From assembly GCA_000004985.1 (NCBI GenBank), contig GG738851.1: a DNA stretch of 64,000 bases. One strand, written 5' to 3'. Positions 43,545 through 54,803 of the stretch are shown piece after piece (position 1 is the first letter of the stretch; each line of letters begins with the position of its first letter). This DNA comes from Naegleria gruberi. Its lineage: Eukaryota. The notes beneath the pieces were generated by a model, which was not told the DNA's origin, did not search any database, and saw only the letters and a program-made list of their open reading frames with translations. The translations under genes and the position numbers were made by a program.

Positions 43545-43853
43545 AATCATGGTTTCCTTTCTGAAAATATAACCAAAATTCCAGTACATATTCAGGAGCT
43601 CTTTTCTGAAACCATCTTCCATCAATATCATTTTAATCAAGTAGTAACTTGAAACTGCAGACTCATTGGCAGAGATGAACATTCTATCGGTCATGTAGCC
43701 CATCATTGGAGAAATTAACTTTTTCCACCACAAATTCTTGGAATATTTTGCAAAATCATATCTCATATCAGTAGTGGAACACAACATCCATGGAACGCGA
43801 TTGGAATTCCTGACAGAATGACGATCTAAATACTTGTTGAGGAGTTGCAACAT
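43494..43853 (-). other. Out-of-frame ORF immediately 3' of the monooxygenase gene, possibly its true C-terminal extension after a 1-nt frameshift
   Basis: A 119-aa hydrophobic ORF lies in the +1 frame relative to monooxygenase exon 3. No GT-AG intron connects the frames. Related monooxygenases usually carry 100-150 residues after the GD motif, whereas the spliced model has only about 58. Confidence 0.25.
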
Positions 43854-45313
43854 TCTTTTTCAATTCATCCTTAATCATTTCATCATGAAGGAGTACTGAA
43901 TCAACAGCCATGGTAACACCCTGTCCATAAATAGGATTAAGACTTCCTATTTTGTTTGTTAATTAATCAATTATCACATTCGAAATATTAATCCAACAGT
44001 GAAATACTTTAAATACAACTTACCAACGACATCTCCAACAGCAATGAAATCTCTCACTCCCTTCAATTTCTCAAAGTGAACATATTCACTGCCACTCTTC
44101 TCAAAGAATGGAATAATTTTCTTTGGAGTATCTTTGAACTTTTCAAGAACAACCTTAACTTGTCTCTCCATTCTTGGATTATACTTTACAAAATCCATGA
44201 TTTGTTCCTTAGCAGTTTCGTATTGAACTGGGTCAATTTTTTCATTGTAGGTTGTCAATAAGAAAAGGAAGGTATTACCACTGTATGGCATGGCAAGGAA
44301 ACCTCTTCTATGTGGATAGGATAACAAATAATAGAGGAGATAGTAAGGATCATTGAGTTTTCTATTTTCTTGCTCAGTTTCGGATAAATCTTCTCTGTAA
44401 ATGGCAACTTTACCTTCACTATCATAGGAAGAATCTTTTGGTTCCAATAGAATGGTTTGGTAACCAATCTTACAGTCAATTGAAGATTTTGTGAGGAGTT
44501 TCTTGTTTGGTGAAATTTCATTTTCCAAATTTTTCATCAAATTACTTGAGCCAAGTCCTGCACAATTGACCAACAAATTACATTCGATTGTCTTGCTGGA
44601 ATTATCAGAAACATTGGAGATTGTAACGGATTTAACACGAGTAACCTGTTGTCCATTCTCTGAAATACTTTCAACCTTAATTCCACTCGATGACACCTGA
44701 TAGCCATCAAGGAATTCAATAGACTTGGACAACTCTTTCTCAATCTTATCTCTCAAAACAGTTTCAACCTGTGCTCTCGATGCCATAATATTCGGAGTCT
44801 TTCTATATTCCAAATGATTAGAAACTCCATACCTCTCCTTATAGTAATATTTCACTTGAGAGGCAGGAAGAACCATTTGATTGAGTTTGCTTGTTTTCAA
44901 ATGCTCTTTCAATTCATTCAAGAATCCTGGAAGTAATCTATCCCACACCAACATTGAACGATAGGAAATGAGGTGAGCTTGTTCTCCCTGTCTGCTCTTC
45001 ACAATGGATTCATCTCGAATGAATTTGGAACGTTCCACAATGATTACTCTTTTATAATACTTGCTGAGGATGATGGCAGAGGTGAGACCTGCAAATGAAC
45101 CACCAATGACAATAGCTGTTTCACCGAGTGATGCTTTCCTATTTTCCTCCTTAAGGACGCTATCAATCCTCCTATGTTTGTATGCAATCTAGAATTAGAT
45201 TTACAGTAATTTCACAATTATTTAATCCCGAGGGAGGAAGAAATTTTAATGCTGATAATTACCTCAATAAAAATCGATTCTTTTTTATTGAGTGTGGACC
45301 ACACTTGTAACAT
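43768..45313 (-). CDS. FAD-dependent monooxygenase (PHBH-fold flavoprotein); exons at complement 45263..45313, 44024..45188 and 43768..43946
   Basis: Exon 1 is MLQVWSTLNKKESIFIE, followed by a GTAATT donor and a 74-nt intron. Exon 2 begins after a TTCTAG acceptor and carries the Rossmann motif IVIGGSFAGLTSAIILS. It ends ...FIAVGDVVG before a GTAAGT donor. A 77-nt intron follows. Exon 3 encodes GSLNPIYGQGVTMAVDSVLL. This restores the flavin-monooxygenase GD-x5-NP-x2-GQG motif, which is split in the unspliced ORF. Confidence 0.6.
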
Positions 45314-45355
45314 TCCAAAATGAGGCAATTTCTAAAATTGCCAAGAAATAGAAAA

Positions 45356-47683
45356 TTAAACTTCAATTGCATTTTTCTGTTGCACTCTGAAAGTTTCCTC
45401 CCAAACGGTGTACTCGTTGGTCAACACTAATCTGCTGAATGTGTCCATAATGTTCATTAAGAGTGGGGAAAGGAGAATATCATTCAAATTTCTTAAAGTG
45501 ATGGTTTCGTCTCGCTTCTCTAACTTTTCATAAAGAATATTGAATTGCTTTCTCACATCGGATGGAATGTTGAGCTCGTGAATGGATCCAATCTTGATAA
45601 AATCACTTTCCAATTCACTCAATAATTCGCTATTCAATTTTCCTTCACTTCCTCCAACTTGATTTGTAATTTTCATTATCAATTTGTAAGCATTGATATT
45701 TTCCAAAGACATTTCCTTTTCTGAATAATCTTCAAAGAGTTGCATAAAGTCATTGTTACTCAAATATTTTGTAATTTCCACATCTTCATCCTCTTGTCTG
45801 ACGATATTATCCTTCGATTTCCTTCTAAATCTAATCTTGTTAATCAGCTCTATAATCATTGCAGAACCTCCACAAATCATGATAAAGAAACAATTAATTA
45901 AGAATCTTGGAATTGGTTCAGCAGCCCTTCCTGGATTGTTTTCGCTAGTGGTGGATACAACGATTATATTAATAATAACCAGAATGAGAATGGCCACCAA
46001 TTGAATTAAATCAATTCTGATATGGAATGGATCGTCGAAAAACATAAACTTTCCAAGACCATTCTTTTGAATATTCTTATAATTCATAACAGAATCAAAG
46101 ATGATGCACAAGACACCCACCAAAGTTCCAAATAAAAGGTAGGCAGCAATGGATTCATTGTGAAGAAAAACACCATTCGAAGTAACCATCGCCACACCAT
46201 GAATGGACAGGAATATGGACAAGACAATCGAAAAGAGGCCTGTAAATAGGAATCCAAACCTTACAGAGGCCAGCATTTTGAAAATCTTGAAATGTTTCTT
46301 ATACTTTCTAATTAAGGAATACAAATTCTTCAAATAGTAAAATCTAATAATAGTAAATGAATAAATACACACACATGTGCATATTAAAAACATCTCAACC
46401 CACACAAAAGCACTACTACAAACATTCTTCCACACATTCAAATGGAAGAATTCATACCAAATAATTAAAACTGGAAGATAGGCCATCAATAATCTTCTTA
46501 CAATAAATGGTTTTAAAAATGATTTTGAAATGAATAAACAGCCAAAGTAAATGACCACAATTAAAATATTGGGAATGTACCAATAGTCACCATCCTTGAA
46601 ATTCATTTCAGTGCAAGTGCTTGATAGACACCAATGGCAAGAGGAAGGAAGAAGTAAATTACCAATTTGATCGTATGATCTTGGTTGATTGAATGTGAAA
46701 TTATGAAATTCTTTCCAGAGAGATTCCAAATTTTCTCTAAGAGAATCATTGAAAGATGCTTTAACTCCATACAAATCGAATACATATTCCATAAATTGTC
46801 TTTCAATCTTGCTAATCTTTCCAAAAGAAGAATACAAATTAAATGTTACCATATCTGAAGTGAATCCTTTGAATTCTGTATCAGTAATATAACATTCACC
46901 TGGTTTAGCATAACTTGTCGTAGCATTATTAATTTTGGTATAGTCCATCAATACTACATCACTTGGAAAAAGTGGAACAAAGAAGAAATCACTCGTGTTG
47001 ATGAATTGTCCACTCAATTTCCTTCCTCCACTAGTTTGAGCATCTCTATAATATCTCACATTATAACTGAGAAAATAACCTGTTGTGATGATAATGTCAA
47101 ATTCCTCAAAAACGTTCATAGGTCTACATTGTTCGTAATAGAAGCGAATTGGTGAAAGTTTCTGGTTGACTGCACTTGTTAAATTATAAAAATTGGTGAT
47201 GAAGGCGAATGTTGTTGATTCAATGGCAGTATCAATGGCAATCTTTAGATTCGAATACTTGTTAGTGTAGAACAACAAGTCCACTGCCAATTTTCTCATA
47301 CTGTCAATGGCATCTTCATCGAGAATGGAACTACTATTAGGTAAGAGTTGATTCCTCAGAGCATCCAGAGATTCTTTCACCTCTGACATGTTTCGTCCAA
47401 AATTATTGAAGGCCAATCCCTCTTGCGAAAGAGTCATATTCTTCCACATGAAGAGAAATACTCTATCTCTAGTCATGGCCACTTGATTATTACTACCAGT
47501 AAAGATGCTCTTATCGAAATTATTGAAAACAGTCTTGTAGAGTACAATTTGGCCATCATCAGAAGTTTGGCCATTGACTAGCAGCTGCAAGGAAACATGC
47601 AAGGATATGAGAACAATAATGAAGGTTACCAACCAATTGTTGCTGTTGTGGTGGTGGAAGAATCTCATTCCAATTATTCTCAT
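45356..47683 (-). CDS. Seven-transmembrane protein with a large N-terminal ectodomain and a C-terminal RGS-like domain (7TM-RGS architecture)
   Basis: The signal-like N-terminus is followed by about 250 aa of hydrophilic sequence and then about 7 hydrophobic helices (YWYIPNILIVVIYFGCLFI ... FLINCFFIMICGGSAMIIELI). The C-terminal region FMQLFEDYSEKEMSLENINAYKLIMKI...KQFNILYEKL fits the RGS fold pattern F..F...EFSEENL.F......yK. Confidence 0.55.
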   Translation of the reverse strand: MRIIGMRFFHHHNSNNWLVTFIIVLISLHVSLQLLVNGQTSDDGQIVLYKTVFNNFDKSIFTGSNNQVAMTRDRVFLFMWKNMTLSQEGLAFNNFGRNMSEVKESLDALRNQLLPNSSSILDEDAIDSMRKLAVDLLFYTNKYSNLKIAIDTAIESTTFAFITNFYNLTSAVNQKLSPIRFYYEQCRPMNVFEEFDIIITTGYFLSYNVRYYRDAQTSGGRKLSGQFINTSDFFFVPLFPSDVVLMDYTKINNATTSYAKPGECYITDTEFKGFTSDMVTFNLYSSFGKISKIERQFMEYVFDLYGVKASFNDSLRENLESLWKEFHNFTFNQPRSYDQIGNLLLPSSCHWCLSSTCTEMNFKDGDYWYIPNILIVVIYFGCLFISKSFLKPFIVRRLLMAYLPVLIIWYEFFHLNVWKNVCSSAFVWVEMFLICTCVCIYSFTIIRFYYLKNLYSLIRKYKKHFKIFKMLASVRFGFLFTGLFSIVLSIFLSIHGVAMVTSNGVFLHNESIAAYLLFGTLVGVLCIIFDSVMNYKNIQKNGLGKFMFFDDPFHIRIDLIQLVAILILVIINIIVVSTTSENNPGRAAEPIPRFLINCFFIMICGGSAMIIELINKIRFRRKSKDNIVRQEDEDVEITKYLSNNDFMQLFEDYSEKEMSLENINAYKLIMKITNQVGGSEGKLNSELLSELESDFIKIGSIHELNIPSDVRKQFNILYEKLEKRDETITLRNLNDILLSPLLMNIMDTFSRLVLTNEYTVWEETFRVQQKNAIEV

Positions 47684-49806
47684 AAGTTGTTTGTTGTTGT
47701 TTTTTGTTGTGAATTATGTGAAAGTCCAAATGGTGTTCTACAAGTCAATCAGAATGTTGGCATCACGAGCTGGAACCTAAAACTCTCAAAAGGGATATTG
47801 GACCAATTAGCTTGGTTGTAAGATATTCCGCTGTGGAAAAGAGATCACGCTCAAGTAAATCAGGATTTTCAATCAACTCCGAAGTTGCCATATTATTGAC
47901 TGTCAAAAGAATCTGCTTGTTCAAGTTGAATAATCCACGTTCCTAATTACAATAGGTCATCAGCTATTAAATTAACCTCCAAGTTATTATTTTGATGATA
48001 TTTATGATGGCACGGAACTGTTGAAAGCAATTATGTTACTATCACTTATCACGATACGGGTAAATGGCCACGTTTGACTTGAAGCTAACAATGTGATAAT
48101 TTATAGTAACTATTATCAATTTGTTGTGGCTGCATTAAAAACGATTAGGTTGCAGATTTTTTTTTAATTTTTTTTGCTTTTTATTTTTGGAGGGAAATGG
48201 TGTTAGATATTAGTTGAAAGTTTATAGGGGTCCATCTTCGATTGAAAACGATACTTTGTTTGTACCTGTTAAAATCAAATCTGATCTGTGATGATTGTCA
48301 ATATCCAACATGTCTCTATACCATCATATGAAAAAGAGAGTATGTGGTGGAAGAGTGATTTGGTACACTTGCTCTTCGATATCGATCTTGTAGAGTTGTT
48401 TTCAACTTTAATACACAAATCATTATCATCTTGATCATAGTAATTGGACTGTACCCATCAAAAGAAGTTAATTGTATGACCCTATAATGCCAATAAAGCG
48501 GATGAGCATTGACAATTATTAATAAATATAATCACTTGTTTTTGTTGATGGAAATTTGATGATGAAATATTTTTAATCACACAAAAATATTTTACTTCAC
48601 ACCAGTTATACATCCAACTAAAGATCTATTTGATCAACAATAAGAATGGCAAATAAAAGATGTTAGAATATATACAATCTTTATTATTCAAATACAAATT
48701 GGTACATCTAGAAAACTATTCAAAGTTAAATAATTGTTTTTCTCCCGAGAAATGAAGAAGGTTCTCCACATATTTGCTGCCTCTTGGGGAGTATAGATAA
48801 CCTGCAACCAATACGTTATCTATAGAGGGGGTGGAAGGAATTTCAATTTGTTCACGGACAGCAAAAAAAGCATTGAATTCTGACATTTTTTAATTAATAA
48901 AAACACAATGGATTTACAACGAAATAAGGCCATTGTTTAGTGATGTATCTATTGGCTTAGGAACTTTGAAAGTTGTAAACTGTTTGAAACGTGAAGTTAA
49001 AATGGACCAAATAGATATGGGTGTTTTATACAACAGGTTTTTAAGGGCAAAATATCTGTTTGGAAATGAAACACTAAACTTGCAAATAAACCTAATTGGT
49101 AAATTGGTGATTTCAATTGGGAGTATGAAAACACGAATAGTAATTTCATGGAGAGTGAACGATCTTCTTTATTGATTTTGTTGATTCACAGACACAGACT
49201 CGAAGAAATTGGTATGTTTCAATATACACTGTTAATATGTACAATTTACAAGAAATCGTCTCTGATATTTAAGAGTAATACATCTATATGAGAACAGAAG
49301 AAAAATATAGTAGTAAATTGGCTGCCAACACACGGTACACACAAATTCATCAAATGATGATCAATAGGTTTTTTATTAAATTATAAATATCAAAAATTGT
49401 TTGAAAGACTTCGTTCTAAGTAGATTCAAGGCGATACTTTATAGGATCTGTTTGAATGGTGTTAGACTGTGTATTTAAACAACATAATAGCTGATAATAT
49501 TGGCTCCGAATTTCTATGGATCATTGGATCATCATGATGAATAAATTTTTGCAATCCACAAAACTTTCTTTTTTATTTCCGATAAATGTTTCTAGTACCG
49601 TAATAACAGCAACGATGACAAAACTTGACAATAATTGATCAAAACTTGATAAATAGGACTGTAATAACAACACGATAGAACAATGGAATAAAACTTTTAA
49701 TTAATATTATTTATACACAATTGTTATTGAGTGTGTACAAATTCGGAAGCAAAAACAGATTAAACAGATTGAATGACAAGAAAGATATGAAACAACGTTA
49801 CTTTTA

Positions 49807-50115
49807 TTAATCTTCTTCATAATTAAAAACCACAGGAAGGATACCAATTTCCTCAAATTGACAGTAGTCAATTTCATTCAGCAAACATTGGTAAAATAAC
49901 CCAACGTTTGCTAATTCCCTATCAATTTTCAAAAAAGTTACAACATGAGCAGCCAATATGTTGTAATATTCAATGATTCTCCTTTCATTTGGTCTTCTTG
50001 CAAGTACCGAGAGATTCTTATCGTGATCAAAAAAAATGTTGTCTTTTGACAACTGGAGAGAATGATCACAAGAGTGACAAAATCCACTGAAGAAGCAGAA
50101 AGGGCAGGGTGTCAT
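49807..50115 (-). CDS. Hypothetical small Cys-rich protein
   Basis: A 102-aa ORF in an otherwise ORF-poor 3-kb region. The N-terminal motif CPFCFFSGFCHSCDH could bind metal. No family is recognised. Confidence 0.3.
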   Translation of the reverse strand: MTPCPFCFFSGFCHSCDHSLQLSKDNIFFDHDKNLSVLARRPNERRIIEYYNILAAHVVTFLKIDRELANVGLFYQCLLNEIDYCQFEEIGILPVVFNYEED

Positions 50116-51060
50116 GTTGTTGAGTATTTTTTGTTGTATGGAATGTTCAGTGTCGCACGTTTGAGCACCGTTTGAATTTACCGAAAACGCTTGTTTGTAA
50201 AAATGAAAATTCGTTTGACGAAGTAATCAGTTAGTGGAAAACTCTCTCGCTGTTTTTGTCTGTTGTCTATCAGATTTTAGTTAATAGTAAATATTGTTTA
50301 TAATAATGATCAAAGAAAGCAAGCAAACTGTAATAAGACAAACATGCAAGCAAGACAACACGTTGTTGCTCGAATTCCTAACCATTCAATAGCAAGGAAG
50401 AAACAAAGCATACCCGTTTTCAAATTGATATTACTTATTTAAACAACAATGATCAAAATTGCTCCTTTTCAACTTATTTCAGTAAGATTTTTTTTTTCTA
50501 GCTTTTTTTCCATAAAAATTTTTTTTTTAACCATTAAGCAAAACTTTTTCCTTATTCCATTGAACACCTTATGGCTTTGGCGGTTATTCGTTAAAAATTG
50601 AAGGAATTAATGTGATGAAGATATAGCTGCTGTTGAATGTATTTTGAATTTCACAGTAGAGAGTGCATTGTAATGATTCATAAAAGAATTGATGATTTCT
50701 ACTCATGCGTTACCCAATAAATTTATTAGGATCAATAAACACCTAAATCAAAGAGGTTTGAGAATTCTGACAAGAGCAGTAACAATCTACTAATCTGAAT
50801 CCATTTCTAATTATTTATTCCAAATAATTTTTTTGATTCCTCCTTCTTGAATTGTACAGTGCGGTCATTTACTATTCATTACCCGTAGTGATAATCAGCA
50901 AACGAAAAAAAACTAAACTTTCCAAATATAATAACAATCGGGATTTTCAATAGAACTCACTCATGGCAAAGAAGTGTCTTTAGGACAATTATTTGGAATA
51001 AACCACTCAGCATTACTCTGTTATGGATTCTTTTCATAATCAAAAAAAACGAAACTCCTC

Positions 51061-52581
51061 ATGAAAGCCACTTCAAGCAGCACTGATTTAGTGATTTCAC
51101 CTTCAACCAATTCAACAAATATTCTGACAACAGTTTCTTCTTCACAAGATGTCGCAACATTCATTGAAATGACACCAACCTCTCCAACCAGTATTGTAAA
51201 ACAAAGCAATTACTCAACTGGAATACAAAAAAGAGATTCTCTTCATAAATCTGTAACTGGAAAGAGTTTACCATCCTCCATGAAAACGCCAATGACCAGT
51301 TCGGTGACTGGTTTTCATTCAAAAACCTTCAAAATTTACACTTGTTGCGGAGTATTGGAATTGAACTGTCTCAAGTTGACCAGTTTTGCTGCACTTGGTA
51401 TTAGTATCTTTGCCTTTCTGTGTCTAATCATTATCATTTCCATTAACTTTTCCATTGTAAACTTGCTTCATACCAAGCTCAATCATTTGGACACTTCAGG
51501 AACCTTTGACAGAGATTTAATGATTTTGGCATGTCGAGTTTCTGTCACTAATCAATATAACAGAAGTCTATCATTGGAATATGCCAAATTATATAGTGAA
51601 TATTCTGATAGATATTACGAATCTTTGAATAATTTGGTTGCGAATGTGCCTCCTGAAATACTTTACTGGAATCAACATGGCATGTCAAGAGAAGATGTCA
51701 AATCAAGAAGAGCTGTCAAACAGGAACTTGCCATGATTGAATTAGTCAAGAGTGGCAATTATTCAAGTGCAATTTCAATTTTAGATTCAAGTCAATATAA
51801 GGAATTACTCACTGGATATCAAGACGAAGTTCAAAGTATTTTTGATTATGTTGAGAGTTTGAAACAAGAAAATTCTGATTTGGATTTGGCAACGACTACC
51901 ACTTCATTGATTATTATTTGTGTTTCACTTGTTGTAGTGATTCCTGTATTGTTGGTATTTGTCATGTTGAGTATTCGAAAGGATAATTCGAAAGAGAAAC
52001 AATTGAGACTTGTTAGAAAGTATATGATTATGGACACTATCAATGATGTGAAATTATCCGAACAATTCAAAGAGTTTTGTAAACAAGAGAGAAGTGAAGA
52101 TAACTTTGTGCTATTGGAAAAAATCAACGAATATAAGAAACTGTGCGAAAGAAGTTATGATATTCAGGTGTTTTTATACGATACAGACATTTTGAGTAGC
52201 TCAGCTTCCTCATCTACCTCAAGTACAGACGATTCTTCCAAAAAGAAGAATAAGAAAGGTTTCTCTGAAAAGGATGTAGTAGAAATTGAAAAGAAAAAGT
52301 TTGAAATTGCATTCGAAATCTTTACCGATTTTCTCGATGTTACTGGTGATAGATCAGTGAACATTAGCAAGCACTTGGCAGATTTTGTCAAACAACACTT
52401 GGATTTCTTTGCTAAAGGAGAGAATGAGTCCATGCCAGAGAATTTATTCGAAACAATTGAATGTGAAATGTGTGTCTTGATGATGGACACGCATCATAGA
52501 TTCAAGCAGTTCATTGAAACTCAATTAAGAGAAAAGAAGATGAAAATTCGTTCCGTTCACATTGTTTCAATAAAGAAGTAA
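51061..52581 (+). CDS. Membrane-anchored RGS-like domain protein with two TM helices and a Ser/Thr-rich N-terminus
   Basis: The TM segments are FAALGISIFAFLCLIIIISINF and LIIICVSLVVVIPVLLVFVML. The C-terminal region LSEQFKEFCKQERSEDNFVLLEKINEYKKL...FVKQHLDFF...FETIECEMCVLMMDTHHRFKQF is RGS-like. Confidence 0.5.
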   Translation: MKATSSSTDLVISPSTNSTNILTTVSSSQDVATFIEMTPTSPTSIVKQSNYSTGIQKRDSLHKSVTGKSLPSSMKTPMTSSVTGFHSKTFKIYTCCGVLELNCLKLTSFAALGISIFAFLCLIIIISINFSIVNLLHTKLNHLDTSGTFDRDLMILACRVSVTNQYNRSLSLEYAKLYSEYSDRYYESLNNLVANVPPEILYWNQHGMSREDVKSRRAVKQELAMIELVKSGNYSSAISILDSSQYKELLTGYQDEVQSIFDYVESLKQENSDLDLATTTTSLIIICVSLVVVIPVLLVFVMLSIRKDNSKEKQLRLVRKYMIMDTINDVKLSEQFKEFCKQERSEDNFVLLEKINEYKKLCERSYDIQVFLYDTDILSSSASSSTSSTDDSSKKKNKKGFSEKDVVEIEKKKFEIAFEIFTDFLDVTGDRSVNISKHLADFVKQHLDFFAKGENESMPENLFETIECEMCVLMMDTHHRFKQFIETQLREKKMKIRSVHIVSIKK

Positions 52582-52683
52582 TGCTATGTAAATTTTGTAC
52601 TGTTGTTGGACAAGTGAAAGCTCTGATGGAAACCTGTTAAATCTGAATTTAATATTTCTAGTCTTAAAAAAGTTACGCCGTAA

Positions 52684-52757
52684 GGGAGTCGAACCCTTGA
52701 CCTTCAGCGTGTAAAGCTGACGATCTAACCAACTGATCTAACGGCGCTTGATGAAGC
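52684..52757 (-). tRNA. tRNA-Val (anticodon TAC)
   Basis: The minus-strand sequence is GCGCCGTTAGATCAGTTGGTTAGATCGTCAGCTTTACACGCTGAAGGTCAAGGGTTCGACTCCCTTACGGCGTA. The anticodon loop is TTTACAC. There is a G1-U72 wobble. Confidence 0.85.
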
Positions 52758-52955
52758 AAAAGAAAGAATTAAGGAGCAGTGTTGATAATTACCAGTTTAC
52801 ATGTTGGCCAACTCTGATTTTTAACAATTCAATGCATACCATACTGTACTTTGAGTTTATTGAGAATCCCTTTTAACAAACAAAAATGGAAACAGATTAC
52901 AGTCATTACAACGTTTCCAGGCATCAATTTTGAAAATAATTGATTTTCGATGAAA

Positions 52956-53027
52956 GGGACCATGGTCTAGTGGTATGATTCTCGCTTTGGGTGCGAGAGG
53001 CCGTGGGTTCGATTCCCACTGGTCCCC
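52956..53027 (+). tRNA. tRNA-Pro (anticodon TGG)
   Basis: The sequence is GGGACCATGGTCTAGTGGTATGATTCTCGCTTTGGGTGCGAGAGGCCGTGGGTTCGATTCCCACTGGTCCCC. The anticodon loop is TTTGGGT, and the core is almost identical to metazoan tRNA-Pro-TGG. Confidence 0.85.
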
Positions 53028-53095
53028 ATTTCCTTTTTAAATTGCAATTGTAATTTCCTTTCTTTGGAATTGAAACAGTTTGAATGCAAAATCTT

Positions 53096-53118
53096 GGTGC
53101 GATTCCCACTGGTCCCCA
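53096..53118 (+). pseudogene. Partial duplicate of the tRNA-Pro 3' end (T-arm half plus acceptor 3' strand)
   Basis: GGTGCGATTCCCACTGGTCCCCA lies about 70 nt downstream of the intact gene and matches its last 18 nt exactly. Confidence 0.45.
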
Positions 53119-53590
53119 ATCCATTTTATTTTGTTCTACATTATCTATTTATCAAAATTGGTATGAGTATACCACTCACCAAATGATTAGAATTAAAAGG
53201 AAAACTACCAATAGAGAATCGAATTAGTGGGAATGATTCATACATATTCACCCTTTTCGAGCTTCCTTTTCACACTCAAATTCAAATTATCAACAAATGT
53301 CAAAAGGTGAAATACATTTCTTGAATTTCAGCTCCTTCACTCATCAGCGACAACACTTTCCAATTCGACTTCTCATAAACGACATTCCTTGTATCTAAAA
53401 GCGCGCAACGAAACTAACACTCAAAACAAAGTACATGCGCTCATTCCTTCTTCTTACCATTTAAATTGCATCACCATTTCGCTCAACATTTTGAAAAAAA
53501 CAAGACAACAATATCACTGAGACAAATCTCAATAACAACAACAACAATACTAGTTTTACATCTAGTTTTTGAAAAAAGAACAGAAACAAT

Positions 53591-54238
53591 ATGGCTATTA
53601 GCACAAATTTAAAGAATCTCGTTCAAAAGTTGCCACTGGTTGGTCAACATGCTCAACATGCATTGGATGATCTTGGTATTGGTGGTGGAAATCATCAAGA
53701 AAAGAGAAAGTCACAAGCCAAAATTGTCATTATTGGTTTGGAAAATTCAGGAAAATCAAGTATTCTCTCCAAACTTAGAAAGATGAAGAAACAATTGTGG
53801 AACAAGTTGAAGAAACAAAAGAATGAATTGCCAGAAACTAATCCAACTCTTGGTTTCAATGTTGATATGTTCAAGTATCATGACACTTCATTTACTTGCT
53901 TTGAAATTGGTGGAAAGTTCTTGAAAACTAAACAATTGGCAAAACATTACTTTGAAAATAATCATGCAGTGATTTTTGTGATTGATTCAACTGACAGAAA
54001 TAAGATTCAAGAAGCTAGAGATACTATTCATTCAGTAATGCAAGATCCACTCCTTTCTGGTTGTAAATTATTAGTCTTGGCTAATAAGCAAGATTTATCC
54101 GAATCTATGGAAATGGACGAAATGGTCAAACAATTGAAATTGAACGATATCAAACAAAAATGGAATATTTATGCAACAAGTGCCAAGAATGGAATGGGAT
54201 TATTTGCAAGCTTTGATTGGATTTCTTTGGCCGATTAA
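53591..54238 (+). CDS. ARF/ARL-family small GTPase with the catalytic Gln replaced by Lys and no N-terminal Gly2
   Basis: G1 is VIIGLENSGKSSIL and G2 is TLGFNV. G3 reads EIGGKF where ARFs have DVGGQ. G4 is LANKQDL and G5 is TSAK. There is an N-terminal extension and a basic insert. Confidence 0.8.
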   Translation: MAISTNLKNLVQKLPLVGQHAQHALDDLGIGGGNHQEKRKSQAKIVIIGLENSGKSSILSKLRKMKKQLWNKLKKQKNELPETNPTLGFNVDMFKYHDTSFTCFEIGGKFLKTKQLAKHYFENNHAVIFVIDSTDRNKIQEARDTIHSVMQDPLLSGCKLLVLANKQDLSESMEMDEMVKQLKLNDIKQKWNIYATSAKNGMGLFASFDWISLAD

Positions 54239-54803
54239 GAATTTCACAAATTTCCACAAACAAATCCTTCGATTATGGAATTGTAATTTGGCCTTAAACT
54301 CTGCAAATCAAGAAAACTCGAAATTATTCAGGAAATTATCAAAACAACAACTTGATACCAAAAATTGATATGCAAATCAATTCATCAATCATTTCAATTA
54401 CCTTAAAAACGAATAAATCATGAAATTGTAACAATTCTCAAAATGTTTAGTTCTTTGTTTGAAAAGGAGTTCAAAAACTTCCTTATCTATTTCCTATCGA
54501 TCAATTTCCATTCTTAATATTCCTTCCTTCCATTCAATATTCCAAAATATTAAATAATCTTTAAAAATATTTAAAAATTTTGTAAGAAAAAATAGCTCGT
54601 CATCAACATCACCCGACTTTTATGGAAACTCTGCAAAATAATCAATCATCAGAGTTGGGATAAAGTTCTGGAATGGACCATTCCCCATAGATATTGTGTT
54701 CAACATTTCCCTCTCTCGTTCAAATTCCTTTTATTATTTTGATGATGATGAATTTTAATATTACACTAATTGAAAAAGAAGGAGAACACAGGTCGGATCA
54801 TAG

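Noticed and set aside
43974-45038. Treating the 354-aa minus ORF as the complete monooxygenase CDS
   Set aside because: The unspliced ORF starts at a non-ATG codon, splits the GD...GQG flavin motif and ends in unrelated hydrophobic sequence. Two GT-AG introns give a start Met and restore the motif.
52924-53124. 66-aa minus-strand ORF
   Set aside because: It lies directly over tRNA-Pro and its 3' fragment. The repeated GPVGI peptide comes from the duplicated tRNA 3' end read antisense.
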